Assembly: GCA_963774265.1 (NCBI GenBank)
Contig: CAVZDU010000008.1
Location: forward strand, 32,001 to 96,000
Length of the DNA: 64,000 bases
Direction: 5' to 3'
DNA from: an uncultured Chloroflexia bacterium
GTDB taxonomy: Bacteria; Chloroflexota; Anaerolineae; CG2-30-64-16
Each line of letters starts with the position of its first letter. Position 1 is the stretch's first letter. Position numbers and translations under genes: made by a program. The notes below the pieces were generated by a model. It was not told the origin of the DNA. It was given only the letters and a program-made list of their open reading frames with translations, and searched no databases. Positions 50,173 to 63,090 of this stretch are shown piece after piece.

Positions 50173-51882
50173 ATGCAACGAACTGGCGCCCAGATCATCT
50201 GGGAAAGTCTCATGCATGAGGGCGTAAGCGTAGTATTCGGCTATCCGGGCGGCTCTATCATGCCCGCCTACGATGCATTGCTCGACTACCCTGTTCACCA
50301 TGTCCTCGTACGCCACGAAGAAAACGCCGCATTTGCGGCGGATGGCTTCGCCCGAGCGTCCGGCAGGGTTGGTGTCTGCATGGCCACTTCTGGCCCAGGC
50401 GCTACCAACCTGGTCACCGGACTGGCCGGCGCAATGATGGACTCTATCCCTTTGGTTGCCATCACGGGCCAGGCCAACTCCCCCTTCGTCGGCACTGACG
50501 CATTCCAGGAAACAGACGTCACCGGCGTCACCCTGCCTATCACCAAACACAACTACTTGATCAAGGACGTCGCGGATCTGCCGCAGGCCATGAAGGAGGC
50601 GTTTCACATCGCCCGATCTGGCCGCCCCGGTCCCGTGCTAATTGACGTCTGCAAGGATGTTCAGTTCAAGTCGACCGAGTTCGACTATGATGCCGTCAAG
50701 CTGAGGCTGCCGGGTTATCATCCCACGAGGCGAGGACAGGCCGAGCAAATCCGAAAAGCCGCAGCCTTAATCAACGCCTCGAGACGCCCTGTCATCCTGG
50801 CGGGCCACGGCATCATCCTCGCAGAAGCCCACCACCAACTCCTCGTCCTCGCTGAAAAAGGCCATATCCCTGTCTCGACCACATTGCTCGGCATCGGCTG
50901 CATGCCTGAATCGCATCCTCTCAACCTGCGGATGATGGGCATGCATGGCGAAGCCTTCGTCAACCAGGCGATCGCAAATGCGGACCTGCTCATCGCGTTA
51001 GGCATGCGCTTCGACGACCGTGTGACCGGCAACCTTGCCACGTACGCACAAGGCGCGAAGATAATTCACGTGGATATCGATCCTGCGGAGATTGGTAAGA
51101 ATGTCACGACCGACGTTGGCATCGTCGGCGATGTGAAACAGGTGCTGCAGCAACTGCTGCCCCTGATCGAACTGCGCGATCGGAGTGCCTGGTTCTCTCA
51201 GATCGACATTTGGCGTCACGACACGGCTGCGCGAGACATTCTGTCGAACGGTCACGACCGCGCGCCGCACGTCCCCTTTGTCATCGATGCCATCTATCGG
51301 GCCACCAAGGACAATCTGACAACCATCGTGTCTGATGTGGGTCAACATCAGATGTGGACGGCGCAGTACTATCGGCATGACCAGCCTAACCGCTTCCTGA
51401 CGTCCGGCGGCCTGGGATCCATGGGCTACGGCCTGCCCGCGGCCATCGGTGCAAAGTTCGCCCGGCCAGATGAGGAAGTGTGGGCGGTGGTCGGCGATGG
51501 CGGCTTTCAGATGAGCATCCCCGAACTGGCAACCCTCACTCAAGAGGGGTTGGGAATCAAGATCGCAGTGATGCGCAACGGCTACCTGGGCATGGTGCGC
51601 CAGTGGCAGGAACTGATTCACGGCAAACGCTACTCCGAGGTCGCGATCACAGCGCCTGACTTCCTCAAGCTCGCCGATGCTTACGGCATCGTCGGGATGC
51701 GCGCGACGAAGCGGTCTGAGGTCGAGGAGGTCATTGCGGAAGCGCGCTCCTATGCGGGGCCCGTGCTGATGGATTTCGTTGTGGATGAAGAAGTAAACGT
51801 CTATCCGATGGTGGCGCCCGGCAAGGCGCTGAATGACATGCTCCGCCGACCCGTCGACGAGCGGATCTCGGCAGGAAGGTAA
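50173..51882 (+). CDS. ilvB: Acetolactate synthase large subunit
   Basis: VFGYPGG, RHEE, TSGPGATN, DVGQHQMW, GDGGF..N TPP motif; GGAGG RBS. Confidence 0.96.
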   Translation: MQRTGAQIIWESLMHEGVSVVFGYPGGSIMPAYDALLDYPVHHVLVRHEENAAFAADGFARASGRVGVCMATSGPGATNLVTGLAGAMMDSIPLVAITGQANSPFVGTDAFQETDVTGVTLPITKHNYLIKDVADLPQAMKEAFHIARSGRPGPVLIDVCKDVQFKSTEFDYDAVKLRLPGYHPTRRGQAEQIRKAAALINASRRPVILAGHGIILAEAHHQLLVLAEKGHIPVSTTLLGIGCMPESHPLNLRMMGMHGEAFVNQAIANADLLIALGMRFDDRVTGNLATYAQGAKIIHVDIDPAEIGKNVTTDVGIVGDVKQVLQQLLPLIELRDRSAWFSQIDIWRHDTAARDILSNGHDRAPHVPFVIDAIYRATKDNLTTIVSDVGQHQMWTAQYYRHDQPNRFLTSGGLGSMGYGLPAAIGAKFARPDEEVWAVVGDGGFQMSIPELATLTQEGLGIKIAVMRNGYLGMVRQWQELIHGKRYSEVAITAPDFLKLADAYGIVGMRATKRSEVEEVIAEARSYAGPVLMDFVVDEEVNVYPMVAPGKALNDMLRRPVDERISAGR

Positions 51883-51887
51883 GTCCC

Positions 51888-52514
51888 ATGCCTTACATCG
51901 ATCGTAGCTCAACCGGTCAGCACGCGCCGCATGTCCTGATGGCGCTTGTCGAAAATAAGCCCGGAGTTCTGACACGGGTGGCCAGTCTTTTCCGCCGGCG
52001 TGGCTTCAACATCGAGAGTCTCACGGTGGGACACACCGATTCCCCCGAAATCTCACGCATGACGATCGTGGTGGATGCCGACAAAACCGACGCGGCGATG
52101 GTCCAGCACAATCTGTTCAAACTGGTTAACGTGATAGATGTGCAGGACGTCACACGGCAGCCCGCCGTCATGCGCGACCTGGCGCTGATCAAAGTGCAGG
52201 TCGGCCAACAGAGCCGTTTCGAGATCGTCCAACTTGCCGACATCTACCGCGCGAAAGTGGTCGATGTCTGCGCCGATTCCATGATTCTCGAAGTCACCGG
52301 CCCGGAATCCAAGATCGACTCCCTCACAGAGATGCTCAAGCCTTATGGTATCCTCGAAATGGTCCGCACCGGCCTGGTCTGCATGGTGCGAGGCTCCGGC
52401 CATTTCTCGGGCATGCCGCCGGAGACAGGTGACGAGGATGAGCTAGATCTGGAGGACCCGGGAAACGGATATCACGAAGAAGAAACCCCAATCTCGCGAA
52501 CGCTAGGAATGTAA
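51888..52514 (+). CDS. ilvN: Acetolactate synthase small subunit
   Basis: [31 protein letters not shown] domain. Confidence 0.95.
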   Translation: MPYIDRSSTGQHAPHVLMALVENKPGVLTRVASLFRRRGFNIESLTVGHTDSPEISRMTIVVDADKTDAAMVQHNLFKLVNVIDVQDVTRQPAVMRDLALIKVQVGQQSRFEIVQLADIYRAKVVDVCADSMILEVTGPESKIDSLTEMLKPYGILEMVRTGLVCMVRGSGHFSGMPPETGDEDELDLEDPGNGYHEEETPISRTLGM

Positions 52515-52528
52515 CAGAGGAGATCATT

Positions 52529-53551
52529 GTGGCCAACATCTATTACGACAAAGACGCAGACATGAGCCGGCTGGCGGGCAAGAAAGTCGCCATCATCGGC
52601 TTCGGCAGCCAGGGGCATGCGCACGCGTTGAACCTGCATGACTCAGGGGTGGATGTAGTCGTGGGCCTGTATCCCGGCAGCAAATCCTGGGCCAAGGTGG
52701 AGGCTGCCGGCCTCACCCCGATGACCGTGGCGGAGGCGACCAGGGTGGGAGATGTGGTGATGATTCTGACCCCGGACGTGGGCCAGGGAAAACTCTACCG
52801 CGACGAAATCGCACCCAACCTGTCCACGGGCAAGACACTGATGTTCGCTCACGGCTTCAGCATCCGCTTCGGCCAGGTCGTCCCACCCAAGGATGTGGAC
52901 GTGAGCATGATTGCACCGAAAGGACCGGGGCACCGCGTGCGCGAGACCTACGTCGCAGGGCAAGGCGTACCGGTATTGTTGGCTGTCTACCAGGACGCGA
53001 GCGGCAACGCCAAGGCGAACGCGCTGGCGTATGCGAGCGCGCTGGGCGCGGGCCGTTCTGGCATCCTCGAGACCTCCTTTGCGGAAGAGACAGAGACCGA
53101 TCTGTTCGGCGAGCAGGCGGTGCTGTGTGGCGGCGTCTCCAATCTGATGAAAGCTGGCTTCGAAACCTTGGTCGAGGCCGGTTACCAGCCTGAAATCGCG
53201 TATTTCGAATGCATCCATGAGATGAAACTCATTGTGGACCTGATCTACCAGGGCGGTCTGTCCTACATGCGCTATTCCGTTAGTGACACCGCAGAACACG
53301 GTGACTACCGCTCAGGGCCCCGCATAGTGGACGAAAGAACGCGCGCCGAGATGAAGAAGATCCTTTCGGAGATTCAGAGCGGCGGGTACGCGGAAGAGTG
53401 GATGGATGAAAACGCAGCCGGCCGCCCGGTCTTCAACAAAACCCGCGCCGATGAAATGGACAGCCAGGTCGAACAGGTCGGTCGCGAACTGCGCCGTATG
53501 ATGCCTTGGCTGAACCCGAAGGAAGTGAAGCCCGGAGAGGGCGGAGCATAG
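52529..53551 (+). CDS. ilvC: Ketol-acid reductoisomerase
   Basis: [37 protein letters not shown]. Confidence 0.97.
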   Translation: MANIYYDKDADMSRLAGKKVAIIGFGSQGHAHALNLHDSGVDVVVGLYPGSKSWAKVEAAGLTPMTVAEATRVGDVVMILTPDVGQGKLYRDEIAPNLSTGKTLMFAHGFSIRFGQVVPPKDVDVSMIAPKGPGHRVRETYVAGQGVPVLLAVYQDASGNAKANALAYASALGAGRSGILETSFAEETETDLFGEQAVLCGGVSNLMKAGFETLVEAGYQPEIAYFECIHEMKLIVDLIYQGGLSYMRYSVSDTAEHGDYRSGPRIVDERTRAEMKKILSEIQSGGYAEEWMDENAAGRPVFNKTRADEMDSQVEQVGRELRRMMPWLNPKEVKPGEGGA

Positions 53552-53656
53552 ATCGAAGTCGCTGCGAATGGCACAAGTGCTACGGACCCAATAAGGTCGC
53601 GTCCTTTCGCTCAATCCGCAGAGTTTGTGCCATTTATCGCCAGGACGGGGGTTCAT

Positions 53657-55249
53657 ATGGATGACATTGTTCGGTTTTTCGACACGACTTTACGCGACGG
53701 GGAGCAATCGCCGGGCGCGACGCTCAATATCGACGAAAAGCTGGAGATCGCGCGGTACCTGTCCCGTATGGGTGTAAACGTCATCGAGGCAGGTTTCCCT
53801 ATTGCGTCACCGGGTGACTTCGAGGCAGTCCGCCGCATCGCGGTCGAGATTGGCAGCGGTGATGACGCACCCATCATTGCTGGACTTGCACGCGCGGCAC
53901 GCGCGGATATCGACCGGGCATGGGAAGCCGTCAAGCCAGCACGCAAGCCGCGCATCCACACTTTCCTCGCAACGTCTGACATCCACCTCCAGCACAAGCT
54001 ACGCATAAACCGCGAAGAATGCATCAGGCGTGTGGGCGAAATGGTGACCTATGCCGCCAGTTTGTGTCCCGATATTGAATTCTCGCCTGAAGACGCCGGC
54101 CGTTCGGACCCGGAGTTCCTTTACCAGGTGCTCGAGGCGGCCATCAAGGCCGGCGCTGGGACGTTAAATATCCCGGATACTGTGGGCTACACGACACCAG
54201 CCGAATTCGGTGCACTTATTGCAGGCATTCGCGAAAACGTGCCGGGCGCCAAGGACGTGATCATTTCCGCCCATTGCCACAACGACCTGGGATTGGCCAC
54301 GGCAAACACGCTGGCTGCGGTACAAAACGGCGCACGCCAGGTCGAGGTGACGGTCAATGGCATCGGCGAGCGAGCCGGCAACACGTCCCTCGAGGAAGTG
54401 GTCATGGCTCTTCACACCCGGCCCACGGTGTACAACCTTCACACCACCATTGATACTACCCAGATCGCACGGATCAGCCGCCTGGTGAGCGCGTACACGG
54501 GCATCCCCGTGCAGCCAAACAAAGCCATCGTCGGCGCGAACGCTTTTGCGCACGAGGCCGGCATCCATCAGGATGGCATGCTTAAGAATCCCCTGACCTA
54601 TGAAATCATGCGGCCGGAGACGATCGGAATCAACGAGAGCCGGCTGGTCCTGGGCAAACACAGCGGGCGGCATGCGTTCCAATCCAAGATCGTGGAACTG
54701 GGCTACGTGCTCACCGCCGAGCAACTCAACCAGGTCTTCGAACGCTTCAAGGATCTGTGCGACAAGAAGAAAATCGTGTCGGATCCCGATATCGAGGCGA
54801 TCGTCAACGACGAGGTGTACCAGCCCCAGGAATTGTGGCGCTTGCAACACGTGCAGATCTCCTGCGGCAGCGGCATGCGCCCGACTGCGACGGTGGGATT
54901 GCGCGGGCCAGATGGCATGACGCGCGAGGATGCGGCGCTAGGCGCTGGGCCGGTGGACGCGGTCTACAAAGCTATCAATCGCATCACTCAGGTCCCCAAC
55001 GTGCTGACTGAGTTCAGCATCAAGGCGGTGACCGAGGGGATTGACGCGGTAGGGGAAGTGACCATCCGCATCGAGCCGACAGCGACCAGGACCGGGAACG
55101 GCAACGGCGACGATACGCCCGGGCCGCGCGGACGCACATACAGCGGCCACGGTGCAGACACCGATATCCTCGTAGCCAGCGCAAAGGCATACGTGAGCGC
55201 GCTAAACAAAATGCTGACCGTGATGAAAGCAGGAGCTCAGCTCTTATGA
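53657..55249 (+). CDS. leuA: 2-isopropylmalate synthase
   Basis: [37 protein letters not shown]. Confidence 0.95.
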   Translation: MDDIVRFFDTTLRDGEQSPGATLNIDEKLEIARYLSRMGVNVIEAGFPIASPGDFEAVRRIAVEIGSGDDAPIIAGLARAARADIDRAWEAVKPARKPRIHTFLATSDIHLQHKLRINREECIRRVGEMVTYAASLCPDIEFSPEDAGRSDPEFLYQVLEAAIKAGAGTLNIPDTVGYTTPAEFGALIAGIRENVPGAKDVIISAHCHNDLGLATANTLAAVQNGARQVEVTVNGIGERAGNTSLEEVVMALHTRPTVYNLHTTIDTTQIARISRLVSAYTGIPVQPNKAIVGANAFAHEAGIHQDGMLKNPLTYEIMRPETIGINESRLVLGKHSGRHAFQSKIVELGYVLTAEQLNQVFERFKDLCDKKKIVSDPDIEAIVNDEVYQPQELWRLQHVQISCGSGMRPTATVGLRGPDGMTREDAALGAGPVDAVYKAINRITQVPNVLTEFSIKAVTEGIDAVGEVTIRIEPTATRTGNGNGDDTPGPRGRTYSGHGADTDILVASAKAYVSALNKMLTVMKAGAQLL

Positions 55250-56652
55250 TGAGGACGCTACTAGAGAAGATCTGGGATGAGCACGTTGTTGCACAAGAAG
55301 CCGGCAGCCCCGCGGTGTTATACGTGGACCTGCACCTTGTGCATGAGGTGACTTCGCCCCAGGCGTTTCAGACGCTGCGCGAACGAGGCTTAGGCGTGCG
55401 CCGGCCGGATAAGACGATCGGCACGCTCGACCACAGCATCCCCACGCACCACCCCTCAATCCCAATGACCGATGCACAGGCTGCGCGCCAGTTGGCGCAG
55501 ATGGAAGCAAATTGTCGCGAGTTCGGGATCTCCCTTTACACCCCTGCATCGGGTAAGCAGGGTATCGTCCATGTCATTGGCCCCGAACAAGGTCTGACGC
55601 AGCCGGGCATGACCATTGTCTGCGGCGACAGCCATACTGCCACCCATCGGCGCGTTTGGCGCACTGGCCTTTGGCGTCGGCACCAGCGAGGTCGGTCACG
55701 TTCTGGCCACGCAGTGTCTCCTGCAGCATAAGCCCAAAAACTATCAGGTGCGCGTCGACGGCCGGCTGCGCTCCGGCGTTTCATCCAAGGACGTCATCCT
55801 CGCGCTCATCAGCCAAATAGGCGTGGGCGGCGGCACGGGGCATGTCTTCGAATATGGCGGGGAGGGCATCAGAGCGCTGTCGATGGAAGAGCGCATGACC
55901 GTGTGCAATATGAGCATTGAGGGCGGCGCGCGCGGGCCGGGCTAATTGCGCCCGACGACACGACCTTCGAGTACTTGGCAGGGAGGCTCCATGCCCCACA
56001 CGGCCCGGCATGGGATGCAGCAGTGGCAGCGTTGGCGCGCCCTTCCTACCGACCAAGATGCGGCCTACGACAAGAGCATCACGCTGAACGCGTCCGACCT
56101 TGTACCGATGGTCACCTACGGCACAAACCCGGGCATGGGCGCACCCATCACCGGCCGAGTACCCGACCCGGGCGCAGCTGCCGATGGCGCGCAGCGTCGC
56201 GGCCTGGAGAAGGCCCTGGCATATATGGGACTCACACCCGGGCAGCCCTTACTCGGCCAGTCGGTGGAAGTCGTGTTCATCGGGAGCTGCACAAATGGCC
56301 GGCTGACCGACCTACGCCAGGCAGCAAGCATTTTCGCGCGGGCGTAAAGTGGCCGAAGGCGTGCGCGTCCTCGTCGTACCTGGCTCCCAACAAGTGAAGG
56401 CCCAGGCAGAGGCTGAACGGCTGGACGAAGTGTTCCTGGCGGCAGGATGTGAGTGGCGCGAGGCGGGGTGCAGTATGTGCATTGCGATGAATGGTGATCA
56501 GCTCGCCGCCCGGTCAATACGCTGTGAGCACCAGCAATCGTAACTTCGAGGGCCGGCAAGGTCCGGGTGGTCGCACTTTCCTGGCCAGCCCACTGACAGC
56601 AGCTGCGAGCGCAGTGACCGGCGCGCTGACCGATCCCAGGACGATGGTGTAG
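55246..56652 (+). CDS. leuC: 3-isopropylmalate dehydratase large subunit (frameshifted)
   Basis: [46 protein letters not shown]. Confidence 0.93.
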
Positions 56653-56653
56653 C

Positions 56654-57254
56654 ATGGACCCATTCAAAACCTTCACAACGCAGGTGGTCCCCCTTCCTGC
56701 AGAAAACGTCGACACCGACCAGATCATTCCTGCACGTTTTCTCAAGACCACAGACAAGGCTGGGCTGGGCGACAGCCTGTTTTGTGACTGGCGCTATGAT
56801 GCCGCGGGCCAGCCAAAGCCCGATTTCATACTGAACCGCCCGGAAATGAAGGGCCGGAGGATGCTGCTGGCCGGAGACAACTTCGGCTGCGGTAGTTCAG
56901 CGCGAGCACGCGCCATGGGCACTGCTGGGTTATGGCTTCAAGGCCGTGATCAGCACGTCATTCGCCGATATCTTCCGGAACAATGCACTCAAGAACGGTC
57001 TGCTGCCAATCGTTGTGGACGGCGACACCCATCGCCGGCTATTCGAGATGCTGGGCGCTGATCCTGACGCACAGGTGACCGTGGACCTGGCGACGCAGAC
57101 CGTCGCGCTGCCCAACAAGTTGTCCGTGACATTCCAGATCGACCCCTTCTCGCGCACCTGCCTGCTGCAAGGCGTCGATGAGTTGGGCTATTTGCTGGGC
57201 CACTCGCCCGCCATCGCTGCTTACGAAGCCGCGCAGGCCGCGCTCGGAAACTGA
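56654..57254 (+). CDS. leuD: 3-isopropylmalate dehydratase small subunit (frameshift near 56900)
   Basis: [29 protein letters not shown]. Confidence 0.94.
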
Positions 57255-57261
57255 GGTTCTT

Positions 57262-58836
57262 ATGTATGCCGCAGTCTTCATCTACGACACCACACTGCGC
57301 GACGGTGCTCAGGCTGAAGGTATTTCCTTTTCGCTAGAAGACAAGATCAAAATCGCCCAGCGATTGGACGCAATCGGTGTGCCATTCATCGAGGGTGGCT
57401 GGCCGGGATCGAACGCCAAGGACATCGAGTTTTTCCGGCGCATTCAGTCAGTTCCGCTCAGACAGGCGCAAGTCGCGGCGTTCGGCGCAACGCGTCGCGC
57501 CGGTATGACCTGCGAAGCCGACCCCCAGGTGGCCCTGCTTCTGGCTGCCGAGACGCCTGTGTTGACGATTGTGGGTAAGAGTTGGGACCTGCATGTGCAT
57601 CATGTGCTGGAGACCACGCTCACCGAAAACCTCGCCATGATCGCTGATACTGTGCACTATCTCAAAACACGTGGTCGCCAGGTCTTCTATGATGCCGAAC
57701 ACTTCTTCGACGGGTACAAGGCCAATCCCGCCTATGCCTTAGAGTGTGTGACCGCCGCCCAAGGCGCCGGGGCAGACGCAGTGGTCTTGTGCGACACCAA
57801 CGGCGGAACGATGTCTTGGGAGATCGAGGAGATTGTGCGCAAGACGCGGTCTCACCTGGCGCATCAACCGGGCGCGGCCGCGCTGGGCATCCACACCCAT
57901 GATGACGCAGGGATGGCGGTAGCCAACACGCTGGCCGCAGTCCGCGCCGGTTGCACGCAAGTGCAAGGTACGCTCAACGGCATCGGCGAGCGCGTGGGCA
58001 ATTGCAACCTGTGCACGGTGATCCCCAATCTCCAGCTGAAAATGGGTGTGCGCTGCCTGGCAGACGACCAGTTGCGCCGCCTGACGGAATTATCGCGCTT
58101 TGCATCAGAAACGGCCAACCTGGCAGCCAACCCCCGGGTGCCCTATGTTGGCGCAAGCGCGTTCGCCCACAAGGGCGGCATCCATGTGGCCGCGGTCATG
58201 AAAATGGAACACAGTTACCAGCATATCGATCCGAACCTGGTGGGCAACGAGCGCAGGGTGCTGGTGAGTGAGCTATCGGGCCGCGGCAATCTGATCTACA
58301 AGGCTCAGGAGTTCGGCGTCGACGCGAGCAAGGAGGAAGTCCAGCAGGTTCTGGCGCAGGTCAAGGAACAAGAAAGCCGTGGGTTCTATTACGAGGGTGC
58401 GGAGGCGTCGGTTGCACTCATGCTCCACCGGCTAAGACCCGGCTATCGCCGCCCATTCGAGCTCATTGACTTCATGGCCGTGGTGGAACACCGCCAAGGT
58501 CGCGGCCTCTTCGCGGAGGCCAGCGTCAAGGTCAAAGTGGGTGACGAAGTGATGCACACCGCAGCCGAAGGAAACGGTCCGGTCAACGCGCTGGATCAGG
58601 CGCTGCGCAAGGCGCTCATCCCCCATTACCCCCGGCTTGCCGAAGTACACCTGGCCGACTTTAAGGTCCGTATCCTCGATGGCGAATCTGCAACCGCAGC
58701 TACGACTCGTGTTATTATTACGACTCAAAATGGCCATCGCGACTGGAGCACGGTGGGCAGTTCCCCGAACATTATCGAGTCCTCCTGGCAGGCCCTGGTC
58801 GATAGCATGGAATACGCACTGCTACCTGAAACATAG
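57262..58836 (+). CDS. cimA: Citramalate synthase
   Basis: [47 protein letters not shown]. Confidence 0.9.
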   Translation: MYAAVFIYDTTLRDGAQAEGISFSLEDKIKIAQRLDAIGVPFIEGGWPGSNAKDIEFFRRIQSVPLRQAQVAAFGATRRAGMTCEADPQVALLLAAETPVLTIVGKSWDLHVHHVLETTLTENLAMIADTVHYLKTRGRQVFYDAEHFFDGYKANPAYALECVTAAQGAGADAVVLCDTNGGTMSWEIEEIVRKTRSHLAHQPGAAALGIHTHDDAGMAVANTLAAVRAGCTQVQGTLNGIGERVGNCNLCTVIPNLQLKMGVRCLADDQLRRLTELSRFASETANLAANPRVPYVGASAFAHKGGIHVAAVMKMEHSYQHIDPNLVGNERRVLVSELSGRGNLIYKAQEFGVDASKEEVQQVLAQVKEQESRGFYYEGAEASVALMLHRLRPGYRRPFELIDFMAVVEHRQGRGLFAEASVKVKVGDEVMHTAAEGNGPVNALDQALRKALIPHYPRLAEVHLADFKVRILDGESATAATTRVIITTQNGHRDWSTVGSSPNIIESSWQALVDSMEYALLPET

Positions 58837-58847
58837 CAAGGAGTTAT

Positions 58848-59942
58848 ATGCAGGCTAATATCACGGTTTTGGGCGGAGACGGTATCGGCCCCGATGTAGC
58901 TGCGGAAGGGGTGAAGGTGTTGCGGACCTCCGCGGCGAAGTATGGCCACGAGTTCCACTTCACCGACTGCCTGATGGGGGGTGTCGCCATCGATCAAACG
59001 GGCGCGGCCTTGCCCGATGAGACGCTGGCCCAGTGCAAGGCAAGTGACGCGGTGCTTCTAGGCGCCGTGGGCGGTCCCAAGTGGAGCGACCCTCGCGCGC
59101 CGGTCCGGCCCGAACAGGGGTTGCTAGCGATACGCGCCGGGCTGGGGCTATTCGCCAATGTGCGTCCGGTTAAGGTCTACCCCGCGCTGGTTGACGCATC
59201 GACACTCAAACGCGAAGTGGTTGAAGACGTGGACCTGGTCATATTGCGCGAGCTGACCGGAGGCCTCTACTTCGGCAAGCCGCAGGGCGTATTCGGTGAG
59301 GCGCCCAATCGCTCGGGCGTGGACACGATGTCCTACACTGAGGGTGAGATCAGCCGGCTGATGCGCGTAGCGTTCGACCTGGCGCGCGGCCGTCGCAAGA
59401 AGGTTTCTTCAGCCGATAAGGCTAACGTGCTCGCATCTTCACGTCTCTGGCGCACGGTAGCCCATGAAGTCCATGCTGAGTACCCCGATGTTGAGTTGGA
59501 GGACGTGCTCGTCGATGCCTGCGCGATGTACCTTGTGCGTAAGCCGCGGCAGTACGACGTCATCGCCACTGAAAACACCTTCGGTGATATCCTGTCGGAC
59601 GAGGCTTCTATGCTGGCAGGCAGCATGGGCATGCTGCCATCCGCTTCCCTTGCTGAGTCTACGGAAAGCACTGGTCGCCGGCTTGGCCTTTACGAACCCA
59701 TCCACGGCAGCGCACCGGACATCGCCGGCAAGGGGATTGCGAACCCCCTGGCGACGATCCTGAGTTGCGCCATGCTCCTCCGTTGGTCGCTGGGACTGCT
59801 CGCCGAAGCTGATTCGGTCGAGCGAGCCGTCGATGCGGTCTTGGCTGATGGCTACCGCTGCCGCGATATCATGACCCCCGATGGCAAGTGCTTATCTACG
59901 ACAGACATGGGCCATGCGGTGGCCGAGCGAATAGGACGTTGA
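58848..59942 (+). CDS. leuB: 3-isopropylmalate dehydrogenase
   Basis: [44 protein letters not shown]. Confidence 0.96.
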   Translation: MQANITVLGGDGIGPDVAAEGVKVLRTSAAKYGHEFHFTDCLMGGVAIDQTGAALPDETLAQCKASDAVLLGAVGGPKWSDPRAPVRPEQGLLAIRAGLGLFANVRPVKVYPALVDASTLKREVVEDVDLVILRELTGGLYFGKPQGVFGEAPNRSGVDTMSYTEGEISRLMRVAFDLARGRRKKVSSADKANVLASSRLWRTVAHEVHAEYPDVELEDVLVDACAMYLVRKPRQYDVIATENTFGDILSDEASMLAGSMGMLPSASLAESTESTGRRLGLYEPIHGSAPDIAGKGIANPLATILSCAMLLRWSLGLLAEADSVERAVDAVLADGYRCRDIMTPDGKCLSTTDMGHAVAERIGR

Positions 59943-59963
59943 TTTAACTCTACAGAGGTTACT

Positions 59964-61634
59964 ATGCGTTCAGATATGGTTAAGAAAGGGTTCGAACGGG
60001 CGCCGCATCGTGCTCTGCTTCGCGCCACCGGTGTCATCCGCAGCGAGGCGGACTTCGACAAGCCGTTCATAGCTATCGCCAACTCCTATACCGACATCAT
60101 TCCTGGTCACGTTCATCTCAGAGAATTCGGCGAGGTGGTGCGCCAGGCGGTGTGGGACGCGGGTGGCGTGCCCTTCATGTTTCACACCATTGGCGTTGAT
60201 GATGGCATCGCGATGGGGCATATGGGGATGAAGTATTCGTTGGCCAGCCGGGAACTCATCGCAGACGCGGTAGAGACGGTGGTGGCGGCACACTGGTTTG
60301 ACGGCATGATCTGTATCCCGAACTGCGATAAGATTGTGCCGGGGATGCTGATGGCCGCGATGCGTCTCAACATCCCGACTATCTTCGTCAGTGGCGGTCC
60401 GATGAAGGCCGGTGTAACCCCTTCGGGCAAAGTGGTGGACCTGATCTCGGTCTTCGAGGGGGTGGGCGCTTACAAGACCGGCAAGATCGGCGATCAGGAG
60501 CTCAGCGATCTTGAGCAGTTCGCTTGCCCGACGTGCGGCTCTTGCTCCGGGATGTTCACGGCCAACTCGATGAACTGCCTGTGCGAGGCGCTCGGCATGG
60601 CTCTGCCCGGCAACGGCACAATCCTGGCCGTGGATCCCCGCCGCGAAGCGCTTGCCCGCGCAGCCGGCCGGCAGATGATGAACCTGATCGATATTGACCT
60701 CAAGCCACGCGATATCGTGACGGCGGAGGCCATTGACAACGCGTTTGCACTGGACATGGCCATGGGCGGCTCGACCAACACCGTCCTGCACACCCTGGCG
60801 CTGGCGCACGAGGCCGGCTTGAACTACCCGCTGGCACGATTGAACGAGGTGGCCGAACGGGTGCCGAACATCTGCAAGGTGTCGCCATCCTCGCCCTACC
60901 ATCTGGAGGATGTGGACAAAGCGGGCGGCGTCTCGGCCATCTTGTGGGAGCTATCCAAGCGGCCGGGCGTGCTGCACGCGGATGCAATCACGGTGACGGG
61001 CAAGACCTTGCTCGAGAACGTGCGCGGCGCGGAGAGCCTCGACAAGGCATGCGTCCGCCCACTGGAAAACCCCTACAGCGAACGCGGCGGGCTGGCGATT
61101 CTCTTCGGCAACCTCGCGCCCGACGGCGCGGTGATCAAGTCTGCGGGCGTGCTGCCGGAGATGCTGCGGCATCGCGGCCCGGCGGTGGTCTTCGACTCAC
61201 ATGACGAGGCGAACGCGGGCATCCTGAGCGGCAAAGTGAAATCCGGCGACGTGGTCATCATCCGCTATGAGGGACCGATGGGCGGTCCCGGCATGCAGGA
61301 AATGCTGGCGCCCACGTCGAACATCATGGGAATGGGCCTGGGCACATCGGTCGCGCTAATCACCGACGGCCGATTTAGTGGTGGCACACGCGGCGCGTGC
61401 ATCGGTCACGTCTCCCCGGAAGCGGCGACGGGCGGCCCTATCGCGCTCGTACGAGATGGCGACATCATCGATATCAATATCCCGGACCGCTCGTTGTGCG
61501 TCGAAGTCATGGACGAGGAGCTCTCCCGGCGCAAGGCCGAGTGGCAGGCGCCCCAGCGCGAATTAAGCGGTTGGCTTAAGCGCTATGCCGCCATGGTCAC
61601 GTCCGGGAGCGAGGGGGCCGTCCTCAGAATCTGA
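59964..61634 (+). CDS. ilvD: Dihydroxy-acid dehydratase
   Basis: [42 protein letters not shown]. Confidence 0.97.
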   Translation: MRSDMVKKGFERAPHRALLRATGVIRSEADFDKPFIAIANSYTDIIPGHVHLREFGEVVRQAVWDAGGVPFMFHTIGVDDGIAMGHMGMKYSLASRELIADAVETVVAAHWFDGMICIPNCDKIVPGMLMAAMRLNIPTIFVSGGPMKAGVTPSGKVVDLISVFEGVGAYKTGKIGDQELSDLEQFACPTCGSCSGMFTANSMNCLCEALGMALPGNGTILAVDPRREALARAAGRQMMNLIDIDLKPRDIVTAEAIDNAFALDMAMGGSTNTVLHTLALAHEAGLNYPLARLNEVAERVPNICKVSPSSPYHLEDVDKAGGVSAILWELSKRPGVLHADAITVTGKTLLENVRGAESLDKACVRPLENPYSERGGLAILFGNLAPDGAVIKSAGVLPEMLRHRGPAVVFDSHDEANAGILSGKVKSGDVVIIRYEGPMGGPGMQEMLAPTSNIMGMGLGTSVALITDGRFSGGTRGACIGHVSPEAATGGPIALVRDGDIIDINIPDRSLCVEVMDEELSRRKAEWQAPQRELSGWLKRYAAMVTSGSEGAVLRI

Positions 61635-61643
61635 CACAGCTTA

Positions 61644-61727
61644 GCCGCAGAGGCCACAGAGAGTCCAGAGGTGACAGGGTTAAGTGCGCATCACCTACTC
61701 CCTGTGTCCTCTGTGCGCTCTGTGGCA
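61644..61727. repeat. Imperfect inverted repeat of CACAGAG/CTCTGTG units between convergent genes (REP-like / bidirectional terminator)
   Basis: GCCGCAGAGGCCACAGAGAGTCCAGAG...CTGTGTCCTCTGTGCGCTCTGTGGC. Confidence 0.7.
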
Positions 61728-61734
61728 AATGCTG

Positions 61735-62925
61735 TTACAACACGGACGCGATCGCCTGGCACACCACCGGTAGGTTCGAGCGCGTCAGCCCTGCCATATT
61801 GATCCGCCCCGAATCCACAATATAGATCGAGTGCTCGTTGCGCAGGCGGTGCACCTGTTCTTTCGTCAGCCCGGTAAAAGAAAACATGCCGTTTTGGTCC
61901 GCAAGGCACGAAAAATCTCGATCCACACCGCGTGAATGCAATCCAGCGACGAACTGCCGGCGCATCTCCTGGATGCGACTCCGCACCGCGTCAAGCTCCA
62001 TCTCCCACTCCGCGCGCAGTTCCGGAGATTTGAGAATTGTGGAAACGATCCTGGCGCCATGCGCGGGAGGGTTCGAGTAGTTCGTGCGGATGACGATTTT
62101 GATCTGACTCAGCGTGGCTTCGGCGACTGCGGGTGTCTGCGCGATGACTGTCAGCGCACCCACCCGCTCGTTGTATAACCCGAAATTTTTCGAATAAGAA
62201 CTGGCGATCATCATTTCCGGCAGCCGCTCAATAAGGAGGCGTACGCCCGTCGCATCGTCATTCAGTCCGCGGCCAAACCCCTGGTATGCAAAGTCGATCA
62301 GCGGGAGCGCGCCCCGCCTCTCCAGAAGGGCGGCAACCTGGATCCATTGGTCAGGCGTCAGGTCAGCCCCGGTTGGATTATGACAACTGCCATGCAACAG
62401 AACCATGTCACCCGCTTGCACTCGCCGGAGGCCATCGATCATCGCGGTGAAGTCCACACAGTTGTTGGGGACATCGAAATATGGATACGTCTCCACCGAC
62501 AGTCCGGCGGCTTTCATGAGGCCGGGGTGGTTGGGCCAGGTCGGCTGGCTGATCCACACCTTTGCATCCGGCTTTGCCTTCTTGATTAAATCTGCAGCCA
62601 CGCGCAACGCGCCGGTGCCGCCAGGGGCATGGGCAGTGATTGCCCGTCCGTCGGCGATGACTGCTCGATCTGACCCGAAGAGCAGTCCCTGCACCGCGCC
62701 CGTGTACTCCGGTGCGCCCGTGATTCCCAGATAGCTCTTCGAAATCTCCGTCTCGAGAATATCTGCCTCGGCGCGCTTGACAGCGCGAAAAACCGGCGTG
62801 TTGCCCGTTTCATCACGGTACACGCCCGCAGCCAGGTTGATCTTGACGGGGCTAGGGTCACGCTTGAACGCCTCCTCAAGACCGAGGATAGGATCAGGGG
62901 GCGCGATTTCGAGATTGTTAAGCAT
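61735..62925 (-). CDS. aspC: Aspartate/aromatic amino-acid aminotransferase (AspC/TyrB type)
   Basis: PPDPILGL, PGGTGAL, CHNPTG, DFAYQGFG, SYSKNFGLYNERVG, GRIN. Confidence 0.92.
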   Translation of the reverse strand: MLNNLEIAPPDPILGLEEAFKRDPSPVKINLAAGVYRDETGNTPVFRAVKRAEADILETEISKSYLGITGAPEYTGAVQGLLFGSDRAVIADGRAITAHAPGGTGALRVAADLIKKAKPDAKVWISQPTWPNHPGLMKAAGLSVETYPYFDVPNNCVDFTAMIDGLRRVQAGDMVLLHGSCHNPTGADLTPDQWIQVAALLERRGALPLIDFAYQGFGRGLNDDATGVRLLIERLPEMMIASSYSKNFGLYNERVGALTVIAQTPAVAEATLSQIKIVIRTNYSNPPAHGARIVSTILKSPELRAEWEMELDAVRSRIQEMRRQFVAGLHSRGVDRDFSCLADQNGMFSFTGLTKEQVHRLRNEHSIYIVDSGRINMAGLTRSNLPVVCQAIASVL

Positions 62926-63033
62926 CAGGAACTCTCCTCAGAGATTTGGTGTCAGGATAGAGCATGAATTGCTGTATCGTTTATAGGTGGCATCATTGCG
63001 AAGAACAATATTATAGCGCAAGAACCACTAATG

Positions 63034-63068
63034 AAAAAAAGCCCTCGAACTCGTGCGTTCGAGGGCTT
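63034..63068 (-). terminator. Rho-independent terminator of the TusE/DsrE genes
   Basis: Minus strand AAGCCCTCGAAC-GCACGA-GTTCGAGGGC followed by T7. Confidence 0.88.
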
Positions 63069-63090
63069 ACCGGGGGACGGCCGAAATCGA

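Noticed and set aside
55246-57254. leuC/leuD pseudogenes or programmed frameshifting
   Set aside because: No slippery heptamers; all motifs are intact and the rest of the operon is complete, so consensus errors are more likely.
57262-58836. Second leuA as a novel duplication
   Set aside because: Motifs match citramalate synthase, a known threonine-independent route to isoleucine.
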